Shown: positions 20,345-32,798 of the stretch, one piece after another
Position numbering within the stretch: position 1 is the stretch's first letter
Layout: each line of letters starts with the position of its first letter
Source of the DNA: Malacoraja senta
Lineage: Eukaryota
DNA length: 43,253 bases
NCBI GenBank assembly: GCA_038087875.1
Contig: JAXLNO010000041.1
Location: 186,001-229,253 of the forward strand
Direction: 5' to 3'
Notes under the pieces: model-generated
Databases searched by the model: none
What the model was told of the DNA's origin: nothing
What the model saw: only the letters and a program-made list of their open reading frames with translations
Made by a program: the position numbers and the translations under genes

Positions 20345-21120
20345 AAGGATAAATATAAAGGTGGATAGTAAAAGCGTCTTTAGGTATGTGATGAGGAAAA
20401 AATAGTTAAGACCATAGTTGGACCCTTGAAGACTGAACAGCGTCAATTTATTACGGGGTACAAGGAAATGGCAAATGAGTTGGACAGGTACTTTGGATCC
20501 GTCTTCACTAAGGAGGACAGAAACAATCTTCCAGATGTACTAGCCGGATGATCTGGGGTGACGGAGGAACTGAAGGAAATCGACAATTGGCAGGAAATGG
20601 TGTTGGGTAGACTGATGCGATTGAAGGCTGATAAATCCCCAGCGCCTGATGATCTGCATCCCAGGGTAGATAAGAAAGTGACTCTAGAAATCGTGGACGC
20701 ATTGGTGATCATTTTCCAATGTTCTATAGATTCAGGATAGGTTCCTGTGGATTGGAGTGTAGCTGATGTTATCCCACTTTTTAAGAAAGGCGGGAGAGAG
20801 AAAACAGTGAATTATAGATCAGTTAGCTTGACATCGGTGGTAGGGAAGATGCTGGAGTCAACTATGTAAGATGAAATGGCGGCTCATTTGGAGAGAAGCA
20901 ACAGGATCGGTCCGAATCAGCATGGATTTACGAAGGGGAAATCATGCTTGACTAATCTTCTGGAATTTTTTGAGGATTTAACTAGGAGAATGGACAAGGG
21001 AGAGCCAGAGGATGAAGTGCACCTGGACATTCAGAAAGCATTTGATAAAGTCCCACATTGGAGATTAGTGGGCAAAATTAGGGCACATGGTATTGGGGGT
21101 AGAGTGCTGACATGGATAGC
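20345..21120 (+). mobile_element. CR1 RT fragment (plus arm of an inverted pair)
   Basis: LKADKSPAPDDLHPRV...QHGFTKGKSCLTNLLEFFE...AFDKVPH. Confidence 0.85.
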
Positions 21121-21930
21121 AAATTTGCTCATGTTACTTTGATTCCCTTCATCCAAATCATTTATGTATATTGTAAATAGCTGCGGTCCCAGCACCGACC
21201 TTGCGGTACCCAACTTTTCACTGCCTGCCATTCCGAATGGGACCCGTTAATCCCTACTCTTTGTATCCTGTCTGCCAAACAATTTTCCATCCATGTCAGC
21301 GCTCTACCACCAATACCATGTGGCCTAATTTTGCCCACTAATCTCCTGTGGGACCTTATCAAATGCTTTCTGAATGACCAGGACACTACATCCACTGGCT
21401 CTCCCTTGTCCATTTTCCTACTTCCATCCTTAAAAAAATTCCAGAAGATTAGTCAAGCATGATTTCCCCTTCGTAATTCCATGCTGACTCGGACCGATCC
21501 TGTTACTGCTAACCAAATGTGCCGCTATTCTTTTATAATTGATTCCAGCATCTACCCAACCACCGATGTCAGGCAAACTGGTCTATAATTCCCTGTTTTC
21601 TCTCTGCCGCATTTCATAGAAAGTGGGATAACATTAGCTACCCTCCAATCCACAGGAACTGATCCTGAATCTAGAGAACATTGGAAAATTAACACCAATG
21701 CATCCGCAATTTCTAAGCCACTTCCTTAAGTACCCTGGGATGCAGACTATCAGGCCTCGGGGATTTATCAGCCTTCAGTCCCATCAGTCTACAGAACACC
21801 ATTTCATGCTTAATGTGGATTTCCTTCAGTTCATTTGTCACCCCAGATCCCCTGGCCACATCAAGAACATTGTTTGTGTCCTCCATAGTGAAGACGGATC
21901 CAAAGTACCTTTTCAACCCATCTGCCATTT
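21121..21930 (-). mobile_element. CR1 RT fragment (minus arm of an inverted pair)
   Basis: Minus translation covers YFGSVFT...HPRVLKEVA...MDKGEPVDVV...GPQLFTIYINDLDEG...SKFA, the same region as the plus arm. Confidence 0.85.
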
Positions 21931-22073
21931 CCTTGTTCCCAATAATAAATTCACTTTTTTCAATCTTCATGGTCCAATCTTCAAGGATGTAGTTTAGGCA
22001 GGTATTGTCGCAACGTTTAAGAAATATTGCGACAGGTACATAGATAAGATATGTTAAGAGGAATATGGGCCAT

Positions 22074-23745
22074 TCGTATGCAGGTGGGTGTGCAGATGGG
22101 ATACGTTGGTCATCGCGGGCAGTATGGGCCGGAGGACTATGTTTCACGCTGTATTACACTAGAACTCTATGCCAAGATCGAAGAACAAATCACCTTCCGC
22201 TTGTGCAAGCCACACGTTTCTGGAGTTAACATCCGAGTCTTCAACGTTACTATATCTCTCTTCCTCCTCATTTGGAAGAAAATTCGGCATATCGACGACT
22301 GTCTTGATTATATTGCCTCTCGTGATAACGTTCAAAACTTGAAATGTCTATTAACAACATCGTTCGCTCCAGAGAAATAAAATATCCTGACCTATACAGT
22401 CTCTCTCGGAATCGAACGTCTCCAGTCCTGGCAAAAACGTTTTCATTAATACTCTGCCACTCCCCACATTAATGGTATCAATGCTAACATATTGCGATCT
22501 GAAGAACATCGCACGTGCTGTCTCGCCAACGTCCTATACCAGATGTTTGAACTCCACTTATACCCAACTGCGTGGGACTCCCGCAGTGAAATAAGGCCAC
22601 ACCTCATGCTGGCTGGGGGAAGAAAAAATCCTACCATCCACATTCAAATTTACTCGCATTGGTTGTAAGCAGATTGTTCATGAACAAGATGGAGAAATGG
22701 CCCTCTTTCCGTGCTGTGTAACATGCAACTACCACTTACAGTGAGAGTTCGTTCAATATACCTGCCCCGCCCACGAGGAAGAGTTGACGCTGCGTCCCTT
22801 TAAATATTTACCGTCTCATTTGGTACTTTTGCCCTCTTTTAGAGACGTATATCCGATGAACAAAATAATATACCTCCACTGATCATCACCGTGTCTTATT
22901 TTAACCCTCCATAACTCCTCATTCTTTTGTTCGCTGCAGAGGGAAAACGCTTCTGCATTATCCTGTCCATCTTACAATTCACTCCGCCCAATATTAGTAC
23001 CAGTATTGTGAATAGAGTTGTATACTCCTTAGTTTAAATGGATCCTTAATGAATTATTTCGAAAAATAATATCCCTCCTCCTGTGCTTTACTGCTCTGTG
23101 AAGTTTTTTTTCTGTGAATTGCTTAGTTTGAGTGCACAAAATATGACACTTCTTTCTTAGGTCACGACTTTCTTCAGAATGATCTGTTCCCAAACATGTA
23201 CCGCCGGTCAGACTCCCCTTAACCGATTCAGTCGGCTCTATCATCTTGCCCATCAACATTCTTGATATCACCAACGGATCAATGCATTGAGATTATTTCG
23301 CCCTAATGTCTGAAACAACATCAAAATCAGTTCACCTCTCGTTTTATGAAATAACACATTACTTTCAAGATAACCTGTAGATCAAGAACATTTCTTGTCG
23401 ATATTTATTTCTGGTCAGTTTCCTCGTTACACATAATATTTGCTTATTATTTACTTCAAGAAATGCCAGCAGTTGAAAGATAGTAATGCTGCTGTTGTAG
23501 CTGAATTGTATAAGATGTCGTCTAGAAGGTTGCTGTGATTGACATCATTTGGACCCTGCCCAAGAATGATTCCATTTTCTTTTGAAAATGAGCTGCACGG
23601 GGAATCCAGGATCAAATTATTAATGGGTGCATGTTAAGTGAATGGAACCGTCTCTGGAAAATGCATTACAAATGCTACAAATAAAATACTGTATAATATC
23701 GCAGCATATGTGGATAAATGGTATATGACATGTATTTTGCTGCAT
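22074..23745. repeat. GPCR upstream block U2 (older paralogue of 6891-8348)
   Basis: CGTATGCAGGTGGGTGTGCAG matches 6891-6912. From GTCTTGATTATATTGCC (22301 vs 6916) it is colinear to TGTATTTTGCTGCAT (23745 vs 8348), with many substitutions. Confidence 0.8.
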
Positions 23746-26700
23746 TAAAAATTTTTCTTTTTGTATTTTTAAAATTGTGTTTAATATTAATTTTATTTTT
23801 AATGTACTTCCCCCTAGTCCCATCTACCTGCACTCAGACCATAACCCTTCATTCCTTTCCCGTCCATATACCCATCCAATCTATTTTTAAAGGAATACAT
23901 CGAACCTGCCTCAACCACTTCCACTGGAAGCTCATTCCACACAGCTACCAATCTATGAGTAAAGAAGTTCCCCCTAATGTTACCCCTAAGCTTCTGTCCC
24001 TTAATTCTCAAGTCATGTCCCAGGCAACATTCTAGTAAATCTCCTCTGTACTCTCTCTATTTTGTTGACATCCTTCCTATAATTAGGCGACCAAAATTGT
24101 ACTCCATACACCAGAATTGGCCTCACCAATGCCTTGTACAATTTTAACATTACATCCCAACTTCTATATTCAATGCTCTGATTTATAAAGGCCAGCACAC
24201 CAAAAGCTTTCTTTACCACCTGAGATTCCACCTTCAGGGAACTATGCACAGTTATTCCTAGATCCCTCTGTTCAACTGCATTCTTCAATTCGCCACCATT
24301 TACCATGTACGTCCTATTTTGATTTGTCCTGCCGTGATGTAGCACCTCACATTTGTCAGCATTAAACTCCATCTGCCATCTTTCAGCCCAGTCTTCCAAA
24401 TGGCCTAAATCTCTCTGTAGACTTTGAAAATCTACTTCATTATCCACAACACCACCTATCTTAGTGTCATCTGCATACTTACTAATCCAATTTTCCACAC
24501 CATCATCCAGATCATTGATGTACATGACAAACAACAGTGGAGCCAACTCAGACCCCTGAGGCACCCCACTAGTCACCGGCCTCCAACCTGACAAACAGCC
24601 ATCCACCATTACTCTCTGGCATATCCCATTCAGCCACTGTTGAATCCATCTTGCTACTCCACCATTAATACCCAACAATTGAATCTTCTTAACCAACCTT
24701 CCATGAGGAACCTTGTCAAAGGCCTTACTGAAGTCCATATAGACAACATCCACTGCTTTACCCACATCAATTTCCCGAGTAACCTCTTCGAAAAATTCAA
24801 GAACATTAGTCAAGCATGACCTGCCAGGCACAAATCCATGTTGACTGTTCCTAATCAGACCCTGGTTATCCAGATGCTTATATATATTATCTTTAAGTAT
24901 CCTTTCCATTAATTTGCCCACCACTGACGTCAAACTAACAGGTCTATAATTGCTAGGTTTACTCTTCGAACCCTTTTTAAACAACGGTACGCCAATCCTC
25001 CGGCACTTTTCCCGTTTCTAATGACATTTGAAATATTTCTGTCATAGCCCCTGCTATTTCTACACTAACTTCCCTCAATGTCCTAGGGAATATCCTGTAA
25101 GGACCTGGCGACTTATCCGTTTCCATATTTTTCAAAAGTGTCCGCACCTTCTCTTCTTTGAATCTCACAGTTTCCATTGCTACTCTGCTTGTTTCCCTTA
25201 CCTCACATAATTCCATATCCTTCTCCTTGGTGAATACCGAAGAAAAGAAATTGTTGAATATCTCCCCCATCTCTTTTGGCTCTGCAGATAGCTGTCCACT
25301 CTGACTCTCTAATGGACACATTTTATTCCTTATTATCCTTTTGCTATTAATATAGCTGTAGAAACCCTTTGGATTTACTTTCACCTTACTTGCCAAAGCA
25401 ACCTCATATCTTCTTTTAGCTTTTCTAATTTCTTTCTTAATATACTTTTGACATTCTTTATACTCCCCAAGCACCTCATTTACTCCATGCTGCCTATAAT
25501 TATTGTAGATCTCTCTCTTTTTCCGAACCAAGTGTCCAATTTCCCTTGAAAACCATGGCTCTTTCCAATTTTTACTATTTCCTTTCAACCGAACAGGGAC
25601 ATTAAGATTCTGTACTCTTAAAATGTCACCCTTAAATGTCCTCCATTTCTAGTCTACATCCTTCCCATAAAACAACATGTCCCACTTCACTCGTTTTAAA
25701 TCCTTTCGCATTTCCTCAAAGTTAGCCTTTCTCCAATCAAAAATCTCAGCCCTAGGCCCAGTTCTGACCCTCTCCATAGTTGTATTGAAACTAATGGTAT
25801 TGTGATCACTGGACCCGAAGTGCTCCCCGACGCATACCTCCGCCACCTGCCCTGACTCATTTCCCAACAGGAGGTCGAGCACTGCCCCTTCTCTAGTAGG
25901 CACCTCTATGTATTGCTGCAAAAAACTATCCTGCACACATTTTACAAACTCCAAACCATCCAGCCCTTTTACAGAATGTGTTTCCCGGTCTATGTGTGGA
26001 CAATTGAAATCTCCCACAATCACTACCTTGTGCTTACTACTAATATCTGCTATCTCCTTACATATTTGCTCTTCCAATTCTCGCTCCCCATTTGGCGGTC
26101 TATAATACACCCCTATAAGTGTTGCTACACCTTTCCCATTTCTCAGTTCCACCCAATAGCCTCCCTAGACGAGCCCTCTAATCTATCCTGCCAAAGCACT
26201 GCTGTAATAACTTCCTTGACAAGCAATGCAACACCCCCACCTCTTGCCCCTCCAATTCTATCACCCCTGAAGCAACGAAATCCTGGATTATTTAGTTTCC
26301 AATCACAACCCTCCTGCAACCATGTTTCACTGGTCGCCACAACATCATACTTCCAGGTGTCAATCTAGGCTCTAAGCTCATCCACCTTTCTTATAATGCT
26401 CCTAGCATTAAAATATACACATTTAAGAAACCCATCACCACTTATTCGCTGTTTATTATCTTTTTCTTCTTTGTCCCCTACATTTTGGGTCCGAGTGCTT
26501 CCCTTCTATGCCTCCTGCCTCCCACATTTTCCACTAGCTTTCTCTATTTGAGTCCCTCCCCCCAACCGTTCTAGTTTAAAGTCTCCCCAGTAGCCTTTGC
26601 AAATCTCCCCGCCAGGATATTGGTCCCCCTCGGGTTCAAGTGCAACCCGTCCTTTCTGTACAGGTCACACCTTCCCCAAAATAGGTCCCAATGATCCAGA

Positions 26701-26896
26701 AATTTGAATCCCTGCCCGATGCACCAGTTCCTCAACCACGCAATTATCCTCCACCTCATTCCATTCCTACTCTCACCGTCGCTTGGCACAGGTATTAATC
26801 CTGAGATTGTTACCTTTGCGCTCCTTCACCTTAACTCTCATCCGAACTCCCTAAATTCTCCTTTCAAGACATCTTCTCTTTTTCTACCTATGTCGT
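23746..26896 (-). mobile_element. About 3.15-kb CR1 LINE: end of ORF1 (SGNH esterase-like), then ORF2 (APE endonuclease and RT), degenerate
   Basis: ORF1 part FLDHWDLFWGRCDLYRKDGLHLN. Endonuclease part GVYYRPP...IVGDFN...LDLLL...GSSDHN. RT part (24013-24984) QHGFVPGRSCLTN...SKYADDTKIGG. It has frameshifts and small deletions, and the usual 3' UTR is replaced by an A-rich stretch. Confidence 0.92.
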
Positions 26897-26959
26897 AACA
26901 TATGTTATCACTAATTCTCACTGATTAAGGTATGTTCATTAGAAAGTCGTGTATCCAAT

Positions 26960-29178
26960 ATTATCTTCGAAATTCCAACTATCAAGGGGAAATAGACAAT
27001 GATGCTCATTATCACCACAACTGTTTGCTCTCATTATTGAACCGCTAGCAGAAAAAATTAGAATACACCCTAATATCCATGGATATAATACTAAAGATTC
27101 ATATAATAAAATATCTTTATACGCGGATGATATATTACTGTACATTACAAAACCTCAAATCACTATACCAAATATATTAAATTTAATTGAAGATTTTGGA
27201 TCTTTTTCTGGATATAGAATAAATTGGAATAAAAGTGAAATTATGTCAATAAAACCGAAAGATTCAACACATTTTTTAAAATTCCCTTTTAAAATAGCTA
27301 CAGAAAAATTTAATTATTTGGGAATCGAAATTACCAGATCATATCAAGGTATGTTTAGGGCAAATTTTGACCCCTTACTTAATAAATTAAACACACTAAT
27401 TAAATTATGGAAAACGCTCCCGATGTCTTTAATAGGCCGAATAAACGCAATAAAAATGATCTTTTTACCACAAATTTTATACCTATTTCAATCAATTCCT
27501 ATATACTTACCAAAGAAGTTTTTTAAAAAACTCGACTCAGATATCACTAATTTTATATGGGACTATAAGTCACATAGAATACAAAAAACTCATCTGAATA
27601 AACCTAAAGTATTAGGGGGTTTAGCACTACCTAATTTTATGTATTATTATTGGTCAGTAAATATTAAAAATATGATTCAACTGATGGATAACTCCGCCCA
27701 GCAAGCGGACTGGATTGTAATGGAGAAAGAGGATTGCTCCTCTAGAAACATTGGAGCGATCCTCCTCTCTCCAATGAAATTGAATAACATAAATTACAAT
27801 AAGAACCCAATTATTCATAGTACAATCCGAATTTGGAAACAAATAAAACAAAATTTAAAATTAAGAAATTTATCACTTTTATTACCTATAGTCAATAACC
27901 CTTCGTTTAATCCTTCTATTATAGATAAAGCATACACAATGGGATAGATTAGGAATTAAAACGCTTGGTGACTTGTATGAAACTGGAAAATTACTTTCAT
28001 TTCAACAATTACAAATAAAATATATACTCGGAAATAATCAATATTTTAAATACTTTCAAATATGCGACTATTTGAAAAAATATACAAAAGATCATCATAA
28101 TAACCCAGCAGATGTACTGGACGAGGCAATGCAGATAAAAGCGGAATCAGCAAACTTAATATAATATTTGTATAATATTATCTTAAATACACAAATACAA
28201 TCTACGGAGGGTATCAGAAGAGACTGGGAACAAGAGTTAGCTATTAAAATTTCAAAGGAAAGTTGGAATGAATACTTATTAAACGTGCATAAATGCTCGA
28301 TTAATGTAAGACACACTTTAATACAATTTAAAATTTTACATAGATTATATTATTCGAAAACTAAAATTCATAAAATTTTCCCAAATGTATCACTATTTGT
28401 GATAAATGTCAATCCCAAGAAGCTACCATAACGCACTCATTCGTTTCTTGTACAAAAGTTCAAAAATTTTGGAATGACATTTTTGAAATCTTTACAAAGT
28501 TATTTAAAACAAGACTGATACCCAAAGCAGAATGGATTATCTTCGGAATAACGGAAGATGGTCCAGATCTAAATGTGTTTCAAAAGAAACTAATGGACTA
28601 TGGGTTAATAACTGGAAAAAAGCGAATTCTAAAATTTTGGAAGAAGGCTCCAATACCAACTATAAATATGTGGATTTCAAATATGTTTGAAACATTACAC
28701 CTAGAAGAGATAAGACTCCTCCTAGCAGGTAAACCAGATCACTTCCACCTGACGTGGTCTGCATTTATAGAATTATTACAAACATAGGGTGCAAAAGTAC
28801 TTTAAAAAAAAATTGAGGTCAGGTAAGGGGGGATGATAGTTGAAGAGCTGGTATGTCCCATTTACGTAATGCTCATAAAAATATTTGTTTTTCTCTTTTT
28901 CCTCTTTCTCTCTTTCTTTCTTTCCTAGGGTCTATTTCTTAACTCTTTTTCTTTTGTTTTTAATTTTGCTCTTATAGGGTCTTCGTCCTTTTTTGTTGTC
29001 ACATTTCCTACACTTTCACTTTTTCCTTCACTTTCTTCTTTCTTTCAATCTTTTCCTTTTCTAGTGTAAAAAATAAATGGAGTACATTAATTGTAAGAAG
29101 ATATAAATGACAAGTACTAATGTATGTGGTTGTAATGTAATGTACTTCTAATAAAATACAAATTAAAAAAAAAAAAAA
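26960..29178 (+). mobile_element. 5'-truncated L1-clade LINE (2.2 kb) with poly(A) tail and 19-bp TSD
   Basis: TSD AGAAAGTCGTGTATCCAAT at 26941-26959 and 29179-29197; empty site at 9156-9174. RT motif SLYADD (YADD at 27120-27131). C-terminal CDKCQSQEATITHSFVSC zinc knuckle after a frameshift. AATAAA at 29150, then an A-run. Nonsense codons at 27000 and 28162 and at least two frameshifts. Confidence 0.93.
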
Positions 29179-29605
29179 AGAAAGTCGTGTATCCAATCGC
29201 AAGCTGGAGTGCTGATCGCTAGGCTCGGGAGTTTATCAATGTGTTTGGAAGGGAGTAGTGTAGAAGGCAAGTGCTCCAGCGGAGAATTGGGAATCTAACG
29301 TTCGACTCCTTCCTGCCTGGCTGTTGGAGAGACGGGTTTAGGTCCAGGACGATGGCGTCTGATGCGGAACTGCTGCTGCAATATGCAGTCTGTGGTTCAT
29401 CAAAGGCGGCTGGGGTGGGCTCACGCTACCTGCGTATACCGCTGATAGCTAATGCGCACATCTCCTTAGCACGCACTGAGGGATTGCAAGTAGAGCAGTC
29501 GTTCTCGACCAAATAAACAAAGCGTACCAAAAATTTACCCCCACCCCAAATTACCATCGCGTTTCCCTTTCATGTAACGACAGTTTCCTCTTTTCTACTC
29601 CCCCC

Positions 29606-30519
29606 GTGAACTTGTTGGCGATTGTGATACTGTCCCGCAGAAATTGTGGTCTCTCAAAATGCACCACTCGTTACCTGGTGGCCATGGCGGCGGTGGACCT
29701 CTCAGTGAGTGTCTGCGAAGTGATATTACATCGGATTGCCGACGTTTGCTGGTGGCGCACATTCCTCTTCCACAATACTGTGTGCAGGTGCATTATGTTC
29801 CTCGCTCCCGCCGCCGTTGCCTGTTCGGTTTGGCTCAGGGTCGCTTTCACATTTGATCGCTTTGTGGCCATTTCCACTCAGAATCTGAGAACCAGATACT
29901 GCACCGAAAGAACCGCGCTGGTGGTTATAGTGACCCTAACTGCGTCCTTTGTTTACAGAACGCTCCCTGGCCATTTACGTACACTTATTATCGCAGGGAT
30001 CAGCAGGGTATACTGTGGGGTTGCCAAATACCATATCACTTTTATGTTCTGCCATCGTGGATAGCATTTTCCTGGACTCAACAGCTGCTAATGCCAGTCA
30101 TTCCATTTTGTTTGATTATGCTTATGAACATGCTTACTGTCAGACGCATTTTAGTGGCCAGTCGTGTCCGCAGAAAACTCCGCGATCTCAGTAGCGAGGA
30201 CCCCGAAATCTCAAACCGCAGACGGTCCGTAATTTTACTTGTAGCAATTTCCAGCAGCTTTATGCTGCTCTGGGGCACAACTGTAGCATATTTCGTTTTC
30301 TATCGATGTACGAACGGATTTTGGTTCAGAGGGTTGAAGAACCCATTTGCAACATTTGAACAAACTGGAATTTTGCTACAACTGTTGAACACCTGCACAA
30401 ACACGCTCATTTACAACGTGACCCAGAGGAGGTTCAGAGAGCAGCTGCTCCAGGTACTCAAATGCCCCTTCACCCTAACTGTAAGTTTAATAAAATCGAG
30501 AAAACCTGGTGTAAAATAA
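29606..30519 (+). pseudogene. GPR139/GPR142-like GPCR, copy B, pseudogene (exon 2 only)
   Basis: Paralogue of 9584-10498. The acceptor is CCCCCG instead of CCCCAG (29605 A>C). A net 1-bp deletion near 29945-29950 splits the ORF. No exon-1 counterpart is found upstream. Confidence 0.9.
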
Positions 30520-32496
30520 CATTACAATAATAATCCCTTCGTGAGTGAGTGCAAAAACTATGTAATGAAGGAGTTTTCTTTGAAACCTTTCCGCATCAAT
30601 TTTCAAAAAAATAGCTGAGAAGTACAATCTGAACGCGTTCCCTGCACTGGAATGCATATTTGGCCATCTATTTAACATGCGACACGGGCGCCTTGTTCAA
30701 AGTGTCCAGTGGGGTGGGCGGCCATGTGGTATGTTGTACTGGAGCAGACCTCCAATGTTTCCGGAATTGAGCCTCGCCGTTAACTGTTTCCACCTTCCTT
30801 TGAATCCAGCGGCAAAGTCTCCAGCACGCAATGAAAACAGACATAGAGTTATGGACATAAACATTTCATGCTCCATTACTCTAGTCTTCTTTCAGACGTT
30901 CCATGGTTACGTGTGTAAGTGCCCAGTGCACAAATGTGTTTAATAAAATTCTTGCTGCAACATTTACGTTAATGAGAGTTCGATTTTATTTTTGCTTCTC
31001 GCACTCAATGTAATGCCTCATTGCACCTTGCAGAGGCTTTCGGTTTTCATCACAATTATTAACTCTGGACTAGATGCAGCCAAAGGTTGTGGGTGCTATT
31101 CATACAAGTTGGCATTACTAATTATATTTTAATGGAAGCAGAGTGTAACAAGCGAGTGTCCAGTAGAGGGCGGTAAAGTGAGTAGGTTCACCTGTGTGGT
31201 AAAGATATTCTGAATCGATTTTCATTAATATCCCACCTCCATTGATGCAGCGCCGACGCTGGAGCTCTGCCGAGGCGAAGTAGCTAAATTCGGAGTACCA
31301 GTACATATCTGTTTTGAGCGGTTGCATCATTTGCATCATTTATCGCTCTCATTGTACGCATCACGGAGATGAAGAAGCGCAAAGGATTGCTTCTCCGTCT
31401 TGAGAGCATTTCTTGTCGGGTAGGCGACGTATCGGCTGTTTAGTGACCTGCAGCGAAAAAATGGAGACTGATGAACTAACATTTTATCGACATATAAACT
31501 GATAACAAAAGTATTTTTGGGACAAAATTAGTTTTCCTTCAGTTGTTTGTGCCAGTTTTGATATCCATTGGGATCAGTGTCCATTTGTCACGTGGCGCCA
31601 CCTTCCACAGCAATCTTTTCTGAATCTGATTTACCATAAAACCCTCCATCCGTAGAATCCAGCCGGCACGCCTCCAAATGAATGGCAATAGCTCTACTAT
31701 TTCGGTCCTCGATTCTTCCCCATCATCACACTGTTCTTCTCTGAACCCATCTCTGATTGCTCATGTAAGTACTCATTGATATAATGAGATTACAATGTAC
31801 ATTAAAGATTCACTCTTCACCAGTTGCATCCAACGGTAGCGGATGGTGTTTACTCAAGCAAGGGAATCTAATAATATTTTAAGGAAGCAGAGTCTAGTAG
31901 TCGGGGCGGTAAAGGGCGAAGGTTCGCTTTTCTGATTGGTCATAGTTACAAATTGGTCTGGCATGTATCTTCCAAGCCACTACCACAGCGCAGACGCTGC
32001 AGTTCTGCAGAGGCTAAGAGAGTAGAATAAAAACAAGAGGAATACGCTCGAAAGGAAGCTTCTCAGAATCGAGTGCACCCCAGGTAGGACTCCGCAGTTG
32101 GGCAGACATTGAGAAAAATGGAGAAGGCTTCCAATTAAAATGTAACTGATTACGAAGAATAACGGATCTTTCAGCTGTTTGTGCCAGCTAAGATATTCAC
32201 GAGGATCAGGGTTGATTGGTGACTTTTGTCTTGGCGGCAACTTCTGCACAAATGTTTCCATAACATAATTTACATTCCTTCATACTTTGAATGCAAGAGC
32301 AAGCCTTCAGCTCTCAATGGCAATAGGTCCACAATTCCGTTCCTCAACCGTTCCATGCCCATCACACTTTTCTTTTTGTGGCCATCTATGATTTTCTATG
32401 TAAGTGCCCAGACCACAATTCTTGATAACCTTCTTGGAGACTGCTTCTCCCACATTCGTGCAATAATATGTCTATACACACACATATATTCCATTT

Positions 32497-32798
32497 GGAG
32501 ATACAGCGCGGAAACAGGCTCCTCGGCACAGCGAGTCCGCGTTGATCAGCGATTCCCGCACACTAACACCATCCTACACATTGCGGATAATTTAACATTT
32601 TTACCGAAACCAATTAACCTACAAACCGATACGTCTTTGGAGTATTCGAGGAAACCGGAGCACCGGATAAAAGCCTACGGGGAGAACGGACAACGGGTCA
32701 CGCGGATAACGGACAAACTCCGTGCAGGCAACTACAGTGGTCAGGATCAAATCCGGATCTCTGACGGTTTAGGACAGCATCACTGCCTCTGCGGCACC
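32497..32798 (-). mobile_element. HE1/V-SINE-like SINE (duplicate of 11625-11927)
   Basis: Near-identical to copy A. Confidence 0.8.

Larger units (their letters stand above)
9118..21518 (+). repeat. Recent segmental duplication, copy A
   Basis: Colinear, roughly 94-99% identical by eye to 26903-43253. It starts at TGTTATCAC inside the GPCR intron; the match continues to the window end in copy B. Confidence 0.95.
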
